A stretch of 64,000 nucleotides of DNA from the NCBI GenBank assembly GCA_003222035.1, contig QHUS01000045.1:89360-153359 (forward strand), given 5' to 3'. The translations under genes were made by a program, and so were the position numbers. Shown piece by piece: positions 28,430-37,656 of this stretch (positions are counted from its first letter, which is position 1; every line of letters starts with the position of its first letter). The notes below the pieces were generated by a model, which was not told where the DNA came from, searched no databases, and saw nothing but the letters and a program-made list of their open reading frames with translations. The stretch is from Gemmatimonadota bacterium (GTDB lineage Bacteria > Gemmatimonadota > Gemmatimonadetes > Gemmatimonadales > GWC2-71-9).

Positions 28430-28710
28430 CCGAGGTCGTGACCCCGCAGCGGGCACAGGCCGCGGCAATCCAGCAGCGGCTGAGCGAGGGGCTCGTGAAA
28501 ATCGACCCCCACCACCGCCTCGTTGGACGCCCCGTGGGCTACCGCATCATCGACGGAACCACGCTCGAAATCTCCTACCGAGACGTGGTCGGGATCGCGG
28601 ACGCCGAAGTGATGGGGGTCAAGCGGCTCATCGGGAGCGAGTGCTTTTGCACCGTCTCGCCGCAGACCGCCGAGACCCTCACGGTCCGGTTCCTGGTCCC
28701 TCTGAAGTGA
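28426..28710 (+). CDS. hypothetical small protein downstream of queG
   Basis: 94-aa ORF. Its ATG overlaps the queG stop (ATGA at 28426-28429). Plausible coding composition. The 3' end overlaps the convergent phosphoesterase gene by 32 nt. Confidence 0.45.
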   Translation: MTEVVTPQRAQAAAIQQRLSEGLVKIDPHHRLVGRPVGYRIIDGTTLEISYRDVVGIADAEVMGVKRLIGSECFCTVSPQTAETLTVRFLVPLK

Positions 28711-29578
28711 GGAGAACCACGGGGAGCTCGGGAGGATTCCCCCAGCGGACCGGAATCGCCCCGCTTCCCACGCCGGCCGATACGTACAGCCATGTCGCGC
28801 CGACGCGCTTCAGTCCATGCAGGTAGGTCGCCGCGAACTGGGAGGGCGCGACGATCACTCCGATCAGCGGAATATGGGCCTGACCGTTGTGCGTGTGCCC
28901 CGACAGCATCACGTCGACGCGCAGGCCCGCGGGCAGGTACTCGATGAGATCGGGATTATGGGAGACGAGCACGCGGGGGACGTCCCGGGCGAGCCCCGCG
29001 AACGCCTCGTCGGGCCGAACGGCGCCATGGGTGAAGTCGTCCACCCCGCCGACCGCCAGCACGGCCGGACCGCGTCGGATCAGCCTGCAGCGGTTGAGGA
29101 GCACCGTCGCACCCGAGCGCTCGACGACCTCGGCGACCAGGTCCGGGTCCACCCAATGGTCGTGGTTGCCGAGGACCGCGACCGCGCCGTCGCGCCCGCG
29201 AAGCCGCGCCAGTACGGGCTCCAGCCCGTCGAGATCGCTGCGCGCATAACTGATGAAGTCCCCGCCCAGGACGACCAGGTCCGGCGCGAGCTCGGCCACA
29301 CGGTCGGCCACACGCTCGAGCCAGCGCGTGGGAACGGCGGGACCATGATGAAGGTCGGTGACGAGCGCCATGCGGTAGCCCGCGAATTCGGGCGGCAGAT
29401 CCGGCACCGGAATGGCGACTTCGGGGGTGTCGAGCCGGGCCCGATCCCAGCGGCCGAGCGGGGCGGCCAGCCGCTCGACTACCCACCCCAAGGGCTTCTT
29501 GGTGAGGCGCTCGAGCACGGGTGGCCGCCGCTCCCGTGCCGGCGGGTAGCGGCGGGGATAAAGGAACGGCCCAATCAC
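28679..29578 (-). CDS. metallophosphoesterase (calcineurin-like)
   Basis: GTG at 29578 overlaps the upstream stop as GTGA. Motifs VTDLHHG, LGGDF, GNHDHW, SGHTHNGQ. Confidence 0.85.
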   Translation of the reverse strand: MIGPFLYPRRYPPARERRPPVLERLTKKPLGWVVERLAAPLGRWDRARLDTPEVAIPVPDLPPEFAGYRMALVTDLHHGPAVPTRWLERVADRVAELAPDLVVLGGDFISYARSDLDGLEPVLARLRGRDGAVAVLGNHDHWVDPDLVAEVVERSGATVLLNRCRLIRRGPAVLAVGGVDDFTHGAVRPDEAFAGLARDVPRVLVSHNPDLIEYLPAGLRVDVMLSGHTHNGQAHIPLIGVIVAPSQFAATYLHGLKRVGATWLYVSAGVGSGAIPVRWGNPPELPVVLLTSEGPGTGP

Positions 29579-31101
29579 TTCGCGACGAGACGGACGACCA
29601 CGTCGTACAGGAAGTGCACTCCGAAGGTGAGGTCTTCGACACTCACCCGCTCATCGTTACCGTGCACGCCACGCGATTCCGCCTGGCTCAACGGGAACGG
29701 AGACACCCCGTAACTCACGATGCCGATGCGCCGGAAGTAGTGGCTGTCCGTGAAGCCGGGCAGCGGCGGCGTGGTGACCAGCGCGTCGGCCGTCCGCTCG
29801 TGTGCGGCGGCCACGATCGCCCGGAATAGCTCCGTCTCCACCGGGCTCTCCGTGGCGGGCCAGTTGGGGCCCTGCGGCGTGATCTCGACGGCCGTATCCC
29901 CCACGACCCGCGCGAGGTCCGCGAGAAAGGCCTGCGGATCCTGTCCCGGGAGCAGCCGCACGTCGAGCGTTGCGCGCGCCACCGGCGGAATCACATTCGT
30001 CTTGTCGCTGCCGGTGAGTCCCGTGATCGAGATGGTATTGCGCAGCAGCGCGTTGTACGTCAGATCGGCGGTGAGGAAGCGGACCGCGGCCGTGTCACGG
30101 AGCGCGGCGCGCACGTCGGCCAGGGCCGCGCGACGTCCCGGGTCCGGCTCGATCGTGGAGAGATCGCGGAAGTAGCGTTCCACCGCGGGCGTCACGACCA
30201 GCGGCGTTTGGTACGCAGCGATGCGGGCGAGGGTCCGCACCAACCGATGAACCGGGTTGTCCGGCGTCGGGCGCGATCCGTGTCCCGCCGTGCCGTGCGC
30301 CGTCAGGTTCAGCCAGAAGGGCGATTTCTCGGTCGTCCCGACTCCGTAGTACTCGATCCGCCCACCCGCGTCCGTGCGGATCGTGCCGCCCTCGTTGAGG
30401 AGGAACTCCGCGTCCTGCACGAGGTCCTTGTGCTGCTCGACGAACCACCCCGCCCCGACCCCCCCGCCGATCTCTTCGTCCGCTGTGGCGAGAAAGATCA
30501 CATCACGCTTCAAAGGCACGGCCGCGCGCTTGAGCGTGATCAGCGACATGAGCTGCGTGATGGCCTCGCCCTTCATGTCGAGCGCGCCGCGTCCCCAGAT
30601 GTAGCCGTCCTGCTCCGCGCCGCTGAACGGATCGACCTTCCAGTACTCCGGGCTTGCGAGCACGACGTCCATGTGATTGAGCAGGATGAGCGGCCGCGCG
30701 CTGCCGTCACCCTTGAGGCGGGCGTACAGGTTGGCCTTCCCGGGCCGGGGTTCGAACACCTGCGCCTCGATCCCCTCGCGCGCCAGCACCGCCCCGAGCC
30801 ACCGCGCCGTCAGCATCTCGTCGCCGGGCGGATTGGTCGTGTTGATGGCGATGTATTGCGATAAGAGGCTCGCCGCCTCGCGCCCCGCCGCGCGCCATTC
30901 GGCGTCGCTCCGGGGGATCGCGGGGCCGTACAGTCGCGGTGGAAGCGGGACCGGGTGCAGCACTGGCTGCGTGGAGGATCCGAACAGCCCAGGCTGGACT
31001 GGCGTGCTTTTGCCCGGCGGGTGCGCGCACGCGACGCCCATCACGAGCGCCAGCAGGTAAACCCAACGCACGAGACCTCCGGTCAGGACGGGGAACCGCA
31101 A
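29575..31101 (-). CDS. secreted M20-family metallopeptidase
   Basis: Start at TTG 31101 or GTG 31071, with signal/lipobox-like LLALVMGVAC. Motifs LNHMDVV, GRGALDMKG, ADEEIGG, TDSHYF. Confidence 0.8.
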   Translation of the reverse strand: MRFPVLTGGLVRWVYLLALVMGVACAHPPGKSTPVQPGLFGSSTQPVLHPVPLPPRLYGPAIPRSDAEWRAAGREAASLLSQYIAINTTNPPGDEMLTARWLGAVLAREGIEAQVFEPRPGKANLYARLKGDGSARPLILLNHMDVVLASPEYWKVDPFSGAEQDGYIWGRGALDMKGEAITQLMSLITLKRAAVPLKRDVIFLATADEEIGGGVGAGWFVEQHKDLVQDAEFLLNEGGTIRTDAGGRIEYYGVGTTEKSPFWLNLTAHGTAGHGSRPTPDNPVHRLVRTLARIAAYQTPLVVTPAVERYFRDLSTIEPDPGRRAALADVRAALRDTAAVRFLTADLTYNALLRNTISITGLTGSDKTNVIPPVARATLDVRLLPGQDPQAFLADLARVVGDTAVEITPQGPNWPATESPVETELFRAIVAAAHERTADALVTTPPLPGFTDSHYFRRIGIVSYGVSPFPLSQAESRGVHGNDERVSVEDLTFGVHFLYDVVVRLVAK

Positions 31102-31131
31102 GCTAAGAGCGTGCCGCCCCGCCCGGAAGGC

Positions 31132-32544
31132 TCAGTGCACCGTGATGCTCGCCTGACCCGTCTTGCCCTCGCTCGTGGCCTGCAGCAGAGCACTCCCGAC
31201 TCGCCGACCCCGCCCGAGGACGTACGTACCGAACGAGCCTTCGATCACGAATGCGGAATCGGTCGAGAACCAGGAGACCGGCCGCCCGCTCAAGACGTTG
31301 CCCGCCGCGTCGCGCAGCACGACCGTGAAGCCCGCGCTGTCGCCCACAAGGAGTTCGGCGCTCCCGGGCTGCACCACCACGCTCGCCACGGGCGCCGCCG
31401 AGCCCGTCACCTCGATCGTGACCGAGTCGCGGAGCGTTCCACTGGTGGCGGTGATCGTCGTGAGGCCGGGCGCGCGCCCGGTCACGGACGCAGTGTCCCC
31501 GATCCCCAGCACGTCGGCGACGGACGCGTTGCTGGTCGTCCACGATACCGTGGGGTTGGGTACGGGATCGCCGCTGGCGTCGCCGACGGCGGCGAACAGC
31601 GTGATACTGCCCCCCACACCCACCGACGTCGGTCCGGAGATCTGGAGGAAAGCTCCGCCCGCGCCCGCCTCTTGCAGGGATACTGGCAACGTCGTGGTAT
31701 CCCCGGCTGCGATCACGACGCCGGAAATCGTCGATCGGGCTAGATAGGGGTAGTCCGGTTGCTCGACACGCACGATGTAGGTGCCCGAGCCCAGGAAGGA
31801 GACTCGATAGAACCCTGTGGCGTCGCTTCGCCCGGTGGCAATCACGTACCACGTGGCGGGCCGGCTGGGGTCACCGCCGTACACGCCGACGTTCGCATTG
31901 GCGATCGGCTGCGTCGTGCCGGTGTGATTGCTGGTCACCGTGCCGGCGAGCGTCCCCGTGAACGCCCGGTGCACGGCCCGCAGCCAGGGGATCAGTGTGA
32001 ACTCGCCCGTACCGTAATAGTTGTACAGGAAGCTCCGGCCGACGTCCCAGTCGATGACGATCTCGACGTCGCTCGCGTCGGCGATGAGTGCGAGCGGCTC
32101 CTCCACGAGCGCGTGCAACGTGATGAGACCACTCCCCGGGGCAGGCCAGCTTACGCGGGCCTCGGATCCGTCCGCCCACCGGATATCGGACGCACCGGCG
32201 TCGATTACGACGCGGATGGCCCGGTACAACTTGCGGGACAACTGGCCCTCACCGAGGAGCGCGGTCGTGCCTTGCTGGAGGGACAGCAAGTCGAACCGCC
32301 TCCGCGGCTCGGCAACGACCTCCCAGCCACCATCGTCGCTGGTGTCTGGATCGGTGCTGGCGGACACGCTCACGACGTACACATTCACACTGGCCACCGA
32401 ATCGTAGGGGAACGGCGCATCGGTCAGCAGCACCCGGGCCACGGACGCGCGACTCGGGCTAGCGGCGGTCGTGTCATCTTGATAGCACGCGCCAGGGACC
32501 AGCACTGCGGCCGCGGTGAGCGCAGGTAGAACGCGTCTGAGCAT
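31132..32544 (-). CDS. lipoprotein with DUF4382-like N-domain, carboxypeptidase-regulatory-like domain and two Big_2 (bacterial Ig-like) domains
   Basis: Track ORF trimmed to the ATG at 32544, with GGAGG 8 nt upstream; signal MLRRVLPALTAAAVLVPGAC. VLLTDAPFPYD segment. Two C-terminal Ig-like repeats (GLTTITATSG..DSVTIEV and ALLQATSEGKTGQASITV). Confidence 0.65.
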   Translation of the reverse strand: MLRRVLPALTAAAVLVPGACYQDDTTAASPSRASVARVLLTDAPFPYDSVASVNVYVVSVSASTDPDTSDDGGWEVVAEPRRRFDLLSLQQGTTALLGEGQLSRKLYRAIRVVIDAGASDIRWADGSEARVSWPAPGSGLITLHALVEEPLALIADASDVEIVIDWDVGRSFLYNYYGTGEFTLIPWLRAVHRAFTGTLAGTVTSNHTGTTQPIANANVGVYGGDPSRPATWYVIATGRSDATGFYRVSFLGSGTYIVRVEQPDYPYLARSTISGVVIAAGDTTTLPVSLQEAGAGGAFLQISGPTSVGVGGSITLFAAVGDASGDPVPNPTVSWTTSNASVADVLGIGDTASVTGRAPGLTTITATSGTLRDSVTIEVTGSAAPVASVVVQPGSAELLVGDSAGFTVVLRDAAGNVLSGRPVSWFSTDSAFVIEGSFGTYVLGRGRRVGSALLQATSEGKTGQASITVH

Positions 32545-32677
32545 CGTAAGGGCCTCCATGCGGAAAACCGTTTCACGAGGTCGCGTAGAGATACCTCCGA
32601 CCCACCCCCCGGAGTCACAATGTGCGCGGGATGGGCGAGAGAGTGACGCGGTCGGCGCTGGAGGGGGTATAGGGAAA

Positions 32678-33220
32678 GTGGGGACGAGCGACGCCGCCCT
32701 GGTGCGTCGTGTGCAAACCGGCGACACCCGGGCCTACGCCGATCTCGTCGCGCGGTATCGCGATCGCCTCGGCCGGTACGCGCTGCACATGCTCGGCAAT
32801 CGGGAGGACGCGGAAGAGGTGCTGCAGGACGCCTTCGTCCGCGCCTATCGGTCGCTCGCGAGCTGCGACGACCCCGAGCGCTTCGGTGCGTGGCTGTACG
32901 GGATTCTGGTGAACCGGTGTCGCACGGCCGGGGCCCGCGCGGCGCGGCGCGCTCAGCGGTTCGTGTACGACCCCACCGCCCTCGAACGAGCACCGTCGGC
33001 GGCACCGGATGGCCGCACTGAATGGGAGGACGTCGTCCGCTGGGCCTTGGCGCGACTGCCGCCCGAGTCGCGTGAAGCGTTCCTGCTCAAGCACGTCGAG
33101 GATCTCGAGTACGAGGACATGGCACGACTCACCGGCGCCGGGGTTTCCGCACTCAAGATGCGTGTCAAGCGGGCGCGCGAGCAACTGCGGGCGATACTGA
33201 AAGAGGCAGAGCGTGTTTGA
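32678..33220 (+). CDS. ECF-type RNA polymerase sigma-70 family factor
   Basis: Track ORF trimmed to the GTG at 32678 (VGTSDAALVRRVQTGD). Region 2 DAEEVLQDAFVRAYRSL; region 4 EAFLLKHVEDLEYEDMARLTGAGVSALKMRVKRAREQL. Confidence 0.85.
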   Translation: MGTSDAALVRRVQTGDTRAYADLVARYRDRLGRYALHMLGNREDAEEVLQDAFVRAYRSLASCDDPERFGAWLYGILVNRCRTAGARAARRAQRFVYDPTALERAPSAAPDGRTEWEDVVRWALARLPPESREAFLLKHVEDLEYEDMARLTGAGVSALKMRVKRAREQLRAILKEAERV

Positions 33221-33761
33221 CCAGCCCGACGACGCGGTCGAGCGGATGGCGCGACATCTGCGGCAACCGGTGCGGATCGATCCCGCGCTGGACGAGCGGG
33301 TGATGCGCGCCATCGCAACGCTCCCTACGCCCGTCCGCTCCACCGCAGGAGTTGCCTGGAGCTGGCTCACACGGCCACGCCGCCTCACGCTCACGCCACT
33401 GGGCATGGTGGCGGCGGCTGCCGCGCTCGCCGCGGTGGTCCTGCTGTACCGGAGAGGACCCGGCCCGCCCGTTCTCCCGCGCACCGACACACGGCCATTC
33501 CAGTTCGTACTGGTCGCCCCGCGAGCGACTCGCGTGTCCCTCGTTGGCGATTTCAACGACTGGGATGCAACGCGCACCCCGATGCGCCGCGTGCGCGCGA
33601 CCAGCTCTCTGTGGAGCACCCTGATCCCGCTCGCGCCGGGACGCTACCGGTACTCGTTCCTGGTGGACGGAGCCCACTGGCGGGCCGACCCCGCGGCACC
33701 GGCGGCGCGCGACGACGAGTTCGGAACACCAAGCTCGGTCGTGACGGTGGGAGGCTCTTGA
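33213..33761 (+). CDS. putative single-pass anti-sigma factor with C-terminal CBM48 / AMPK-beta glycogen-binding-like domain
   Basis: GTG at 33213 overlaps the sigma gene by 8 nt. One TM helix (LGMVAAAAALAAVVLLY). C-terminal FQFVLVAPRATRVSLVGDFNDWD...LAPGRYRYSFLVDGAHWRADP. Confidence 0.65.
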   Translation: MFDQPDDAVERMARHLRQPVRIDPALDERVMRAIATLPTPVRSTAGVAWSWLTRPRRLTLTPLGMVAAAAALAAVVLLYRRGPGPPVLPRTDTRPFQFVLVAPRATRVSLVGDFNDWDATRTPMRRVRATSSLWSTLIPLAPGRYRYSFLVDGAHWRADPAAPAARDDEFGTPSSVVTVGGS

Positions 33762-33763
33762 CC

Positions 33764-34402
33764 TTGCGTGGGTCCCCATGGTCGGGTGCGGCTTGCCTGC
33801 TCGCCGCGACGTTGGTCACGGGGACGATGGCCGCTCAGCAAATCGACCCTCGCCTCGATCGGCTGGACGCGGTCACGCGCTCGATCGTTGGCGCGCTCGT
33901 CGACTCCGCGGTCGCCGCCGCACTCCCCACCGAGCCGCTCATCCAGCGCGCGCTCGAGGGGGCGACCAAACGCGCGACCGGAGAAGTGATCGTCGCCGCA
34001 GTACGACGCCTCGCCCAGGACCTGGCCCACGCCCGTGACGCTCTGGGTGGGACCGCCTCGCCCGGCGAACTCACCGCCGGCGCTGCCGCGCTGCGCGCCG
34101 GTGCCTCCCCGGCGTTCCTCACCGAGCTCAGGCGTACTCGCCGTGAGCCCCTCATCGTTCCCCTCGCCGTGCTCACGGATCTGGTCGCCAGCGGAGTGCC
34201 GGTCGATAGCGCTGCGCATGCTGTGGTGGCACTTGCGAGCCGGACACGAGACGCGGACCTGATCGAATTCCGGCGCGCCGTCGAGCGCGACATCGCGCTT
34301 GGCGCCCCCCCCGCGGCCGCCACCGCGGCTGCGGCCGGACTGACGGCCCAGAGTGTGGACGTGAACGCGGGGGCTCGCCAGCAACGCCCAGGCCGCCCCT
34401 AA
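33764..34402 (+). CDS. hypothetical secreted Ala-rich protein
   Basis: In-frame TTG at 33758 (TTGA overlap with the upstream stop) or 33764; GGGAGG at 33749-33754. Signal-like AACLLAATLVTGTMAAQQ. No domain recognised. Confidence 0.45.
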   Translation: MRGSPWSGAACLLAATLVTGTMAAQQIDPRLDRLDAVTRSIVGALVDSAVAAALPTEPLIQRALEGATKRATGEVIVAAVRRLAQDLAHARDALGGTASPGELTAGAAALRAGASPAFLTELRRTRREPLIVPLAVLTDLVASGVPVDSAAHAVVALASRTRDADLIEFRRAVERDIALGAPPAAATAAAAGLTAQSVDVNAGARQQRPGRP

Positions 34403-34405
34403 CGC

Positions 34406-35566
34406 GTGTGGCCAGCGCCGGCCGCGAGACCTGTTTGCGCCGCGTGCGTTACCGCGGCGTTCTCGCTCCTCGCCACGCGCGCCGCCGTTGCCCAGGCGAC
34501 CGGAAACGTCGATGTCGCCGTCTCGACCGTACGGTATGACGGATTCCTCCCTTCCGGCGCCGCATCGCTGACGCCCGCCGTGAGCTGGGAGCGGCCCGGC
34601 GCCACTATCACGGCCCGCGGCACCTATCTGCGGTTCGAAAGCGGGCGCAGGAGCCTGCACGGCATTCTCGCTGCCTCCGTGCTGACGCCGCGTCCCCTAC
34701 TCCCCGCACCGTGGCGTGGAGAGCTGACCGTCTCAAGCGGTGGAAGCAGTTACGCGAGCTTCGCCAGCTTCTGGCATGCGACGGGCGAGATCCGACTTCA
34801 CTACCTCGCTGAAGGCCGGGGTGTGTGGGTCGGCGGAACCGGCGGTCGCACCTCGTACGGCCGCTCCCCCCGCCCTGTCGCCGTAGCGGCCTTGGGTGCC
34901 TGGTCGCGGCGTGCCACCCTGACGGTGGGCGCGTCCGCGAGTCGCTCGTTTGTGGGCGATACGGCCTACACTGATCTGACGTCGAGGATGCACATCGTCC
35001 GCGGCACCGTAGCCGTCGACGCGTCGGTGGGCGACAGGATGTCGAGCCGCGGCGGCGGTCACGGCGTATTCGGCGATGGGAGCGTGACACTGACCTTGGG
35101 CGAGCGCACCGCCATCTTCTTGTCCGGAGGCCGCTATCCGACCGATGCAATCAGCGGAACCGTCTCCGGCCGCTATCTGAGCGCCGGCATCCGCCTCCGC
35201 ACGGTCACCCCTCGCCCCGTTCTACGCGCCGTGCCCACCCCCACCCAGCGGTCACCGGCGAATGGCGACGGTGACGACCCCGCCGCTGCTCGCCTCGACG
35301 CACAGCGGACCCCGGACGGCTCGGTCCGATTGGTCGTCGTCGCCCCCGCGGCGGCGACCGTCGAGCTCGCCGGAGATTTCACCGATTGGCAGCCCGTCCA
35401 GCTGCGCCGCAACGCCGCAGGCACCTGGGAGACCGTGCGGAAGATTCCCAGCGGCGTGTATCGGTTCAACGTCCGGATCGACGGGTCCGGATGGTTCGCC
35501 CCGGCAGGAACCGCGCGGGCGACTGACGACTTCGGCGGCGAGGTCGGGATCATCACCGTGCCTTAG
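34406..35566 (+). CDS. putative outer-membrane beta-strand-rich protein with C-terminal CBM48-like domain
   Basis: Signal-like N-terminus ending AVAQA. Body with alternating beta-strand-like pattern. C-terminal VRLVVVAPAAATVELAGDFTDWQPV...PSGVYRFNVRIDGSGWFAP. Confidence 0.55.
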   Translation: MWPAPAARPVCAACVTAAFSLLATRAAVAQATGNVDVAVSTVRYDGFLPSGAASLTPAVSWERPGATITARGTYLRFESGRRSLHGILAASVLTPRPLLPAPWRGELTVSSGGSSYASFASFWHATGEIRLHYLAEGRGVWVGGTGGRTSYGRSPRPVAVAALGAWSRRATLTVGASASRSFVGDTAYTDLTSRMHIVRGTVAVDASVGDRMSSRGGGHGVFGDGSVTLTLGERTAIFLSGGRYPTDAISGTVSGRYLSAGIRLRTVTPRPVLRAVPTPTQRSPANGDGDDPAAARLDAQRTPDGSVRLVVVAPAAATVELAGDFTDWQPVQLRRNAAGTWETVRKIPSGVYRFNVRIDGSGWFAPAGTARATDDFGGEVGIITVP

Positions 35567-36759
35567 CCTCGCCCAGCGGCCAGCCCGGCGGCCTCGGGCC
35601 GTCGCCGCAGCGCCAGCATCGCCCATACGCCGACCGCGGGTCCGAGCGCCAGTACGCTCATGCTCCACCGCCATCCGATCCGGGCTGCGACCGCAGGCAA
35701 CAGATAGATCGTGAGGCAGGTGAGGAGAAACCCCAGGCTGGTCTGCAGGGTCAGCGCGGTCCCGACCAGCTCGCGCGGAGCCAGCTCGCTCACGGCCGCC
35801 GAAAACTGCGCGGAGTCCGCAACCACCGTCACGCCCCAGACGAGCAGCAGCGGGATCATCACGGCGAGAGGTCGCGCGAACACCAAGCCCACGGCGAGCG
35901 CGCAGGCCCCCGACAGCGTCATCGCGGCGCTCGTGATCAGCGTTCGACCCCAGCGGTCGGCGTACCTCCCGCCGAGCCAGCACCCTAACGCGCCGCTCCC
36001 GACGACGGCGAACGTCACGAGCGCCGGCGCGGCTCCGTGCGCGCCTCGCGCTTGCTCGCTCGCCGCGACGAACGCGACCAGCCACGTCCACATCGCGTAC
36101 AGCTCCCACATATGGCCCAGATATCCGATGTTGGCGAGTGACAGCGCCCGGTTCGCGAAGATGCGTGGAGCCGCCCGCCAGCTGAACGCCGCCGCCGGTG
36201 CGGCGAACGGGCCGTCGTTCGGCACGAGCAGGACCAGGAGCCCGCCGGCGACCGCGGTCACGGCCGCTACGCCCAACACGGTTCGCCACTGCTCGGCGGG
36301 CACCGCCCAGCGAACCAGATGCGGCAGCGCCGACCCGAGCGTCAGCGCACCGACCAGCACTCCGATGGCGAGCCCGCGCCCCTCGCGATACCAACCGGCG
36401 GCGATTTTCATCCCGGGCGGGTACACTCCGGCGAGCGCCGCGCCCGTGAGCATTCGCAGCGTAAGCCCCACCGTGGGACCGGAGGCGAGCGCGACACCGA
36501 CCGTCGCGAGCCCGGCGATGAGCGCGCACCCCGAGACCAGCCGGCGCGCCGACCACCGGTCCGACAGCGTGAGCACGGCGGACACCAGCGCGCCCACGAC
36601 GAAGCCGAGTTGCACCGAGATCGTGAGCCACGCAGCTCCCCTCGTGTCGAGCTGCCACACGCGCGCCAATGCCGGCCCGACGGCCGACGCCGAAAACCAT
36701 GGCGCCATGGCGCACAACTCGGAGGCCGCGAGCACCGCCAGCACGCGCCGCGGGCTCAC
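35563..36759 (-). CDS. MFS transporter
   Basis: 398-aa hydrophobic ORF with about 12 helices. GTG at 36759 overlaps the nif3 stop as GTGA. Confidence 0.8.
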   Translation of the reverse strand: MSPRRVLAVLAASELCAMAPWFSASAVGPALARVWQLDTRGAAWLTISVQLGFVVGALVSAVLTLSDRWSARRLVSGCALIAGLATVGVALASGPTVGLTLRMLTGAALAGVYPPGMKIAAGWYREGRGLAIGVLVGALTLGSALPHLVRWAVPAEQWRTVLGVAAVTAVAGGLLVLLVPNDGPFAAPAAAFSWRAAPRIFANRALSLANIGYLGHMWELYAMWTWLVAFVAASEQARGAHGAAPALVTFAVVGSGALGCWLGGRYADRWGRTLITSAAMTLSGACALAVGLVFARPLAVMIPLLLVWGVTVVADSAQFSAAVSELAPRELVGTALTLQTSLGFLLTCLTIYLLPAVAARIGWRWSMSVLALGPAVGVWAMLALRRRPEAAGLAAGRG

Positions 36760-37520
36760 AGGCCGGTGGGATGATCCAAGAACGACCAGGGGAGATGGAA
36801 CCGCGCCTGGAGATGCTCGGCCAGCGCCTTGACGCCTACGGTCTCCGTGGCGTAGTGCCCGGCGTAGAACACGTTCAGCCGCAGTTCTTCAGCATCGAAG
36901 AATGTGTGGTGGGCCCCTTCCCCCGTGACGAACGTATCGAGCCCCGCCGCGGCCGCCTGTGCGATCATCGACCCGGCGGCTCCCGTCACGATACCGACCC
37001 GTCGCACGTGATCCGGCCCAAAGGCCATCAACCGCGGCGTACTGCCGAAGACCGCCGCGAGGCGGTCCTGGAACGCCGGGCGAGAAAGGTCGATGTCCCC
37101 CCAACGCCCGATGTCGATGCCGTATTCCTCACCGAACTCGCCTTGCAACGACACGCCCAGCTTTCGCGCGAGCACGGCGTTGTTGCCCACGTCAGGATGC
37201 ACGTCGAGTGGAAGGTGCGCGCTGTAGAGGGCGATGTTCTTCGTGATGAGACCAGTCACACGCCGATGCGTGCGTCCGGTGAGCGGCTGGAGCCCACCCC
37301 AGAACAGACCGTGGTGGACCAGGAGTAGATCGGCCCCCTGCTCCGCCGCCATGCCCACGGTCGCGTCGCACAGGTCGACCGCCGCCGCCACGCGGCTCAC
37401 CGTCCCATGGTTTGCGACCTGCAACCCGTTGAGCGCGTGTGGTGCGTCCGGTACCTCGGCGACCCGGAGGTAGCCGTCCAGGTACGAGACCAGCTCGGCA
37501 AGCTGCATGGAGTCCGTCAC
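36756..37520 (-). CDS. Nif3-like dinuclear metal centre protein (YbgI family)
   Basis: 254-aa ORF with GTG at 37520 or ATG at 37508. Motifs LLLVHHGLFW, ALYSAHLPLD, TGEGAHHTF, AGHYATE. Confidence 0.85.
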   Translation of the reverse strand: MTDSMQLAELVSYLDGYLRVAEVPDAPHALNGLQVANHGTVSRVAAAVDLCDATVGMAAEQGADLLLVHHGLFWGGLQPLTGRTHRRVTGLITKNIALYSAHLPLDVHPDVGNNAVLARKLGVSLQGEFGEEYGIDIGRWGDIDLSRPAFQDRLAAVFGSTPRLMAFGPDHVRRVGIVTGAAGSMIAQAAAAGLDTFVTGEGAHHTFFDAEELRLNVFYAGHYATETVGVKALAEHLQARFHLPWSFLDHPTGL

Positions 37521-37656
37521 CTCCAGCAGTATGCAGACATTATCTCACCAGATTATCGACAGTGATGCGAGATTCCCACATCACGAATGCAGCTAAAGTT
37601 ATATATTACAGCTAGTTACAGAATCCACAGGCGTGTGGAAATCTACGCCGCATGGG

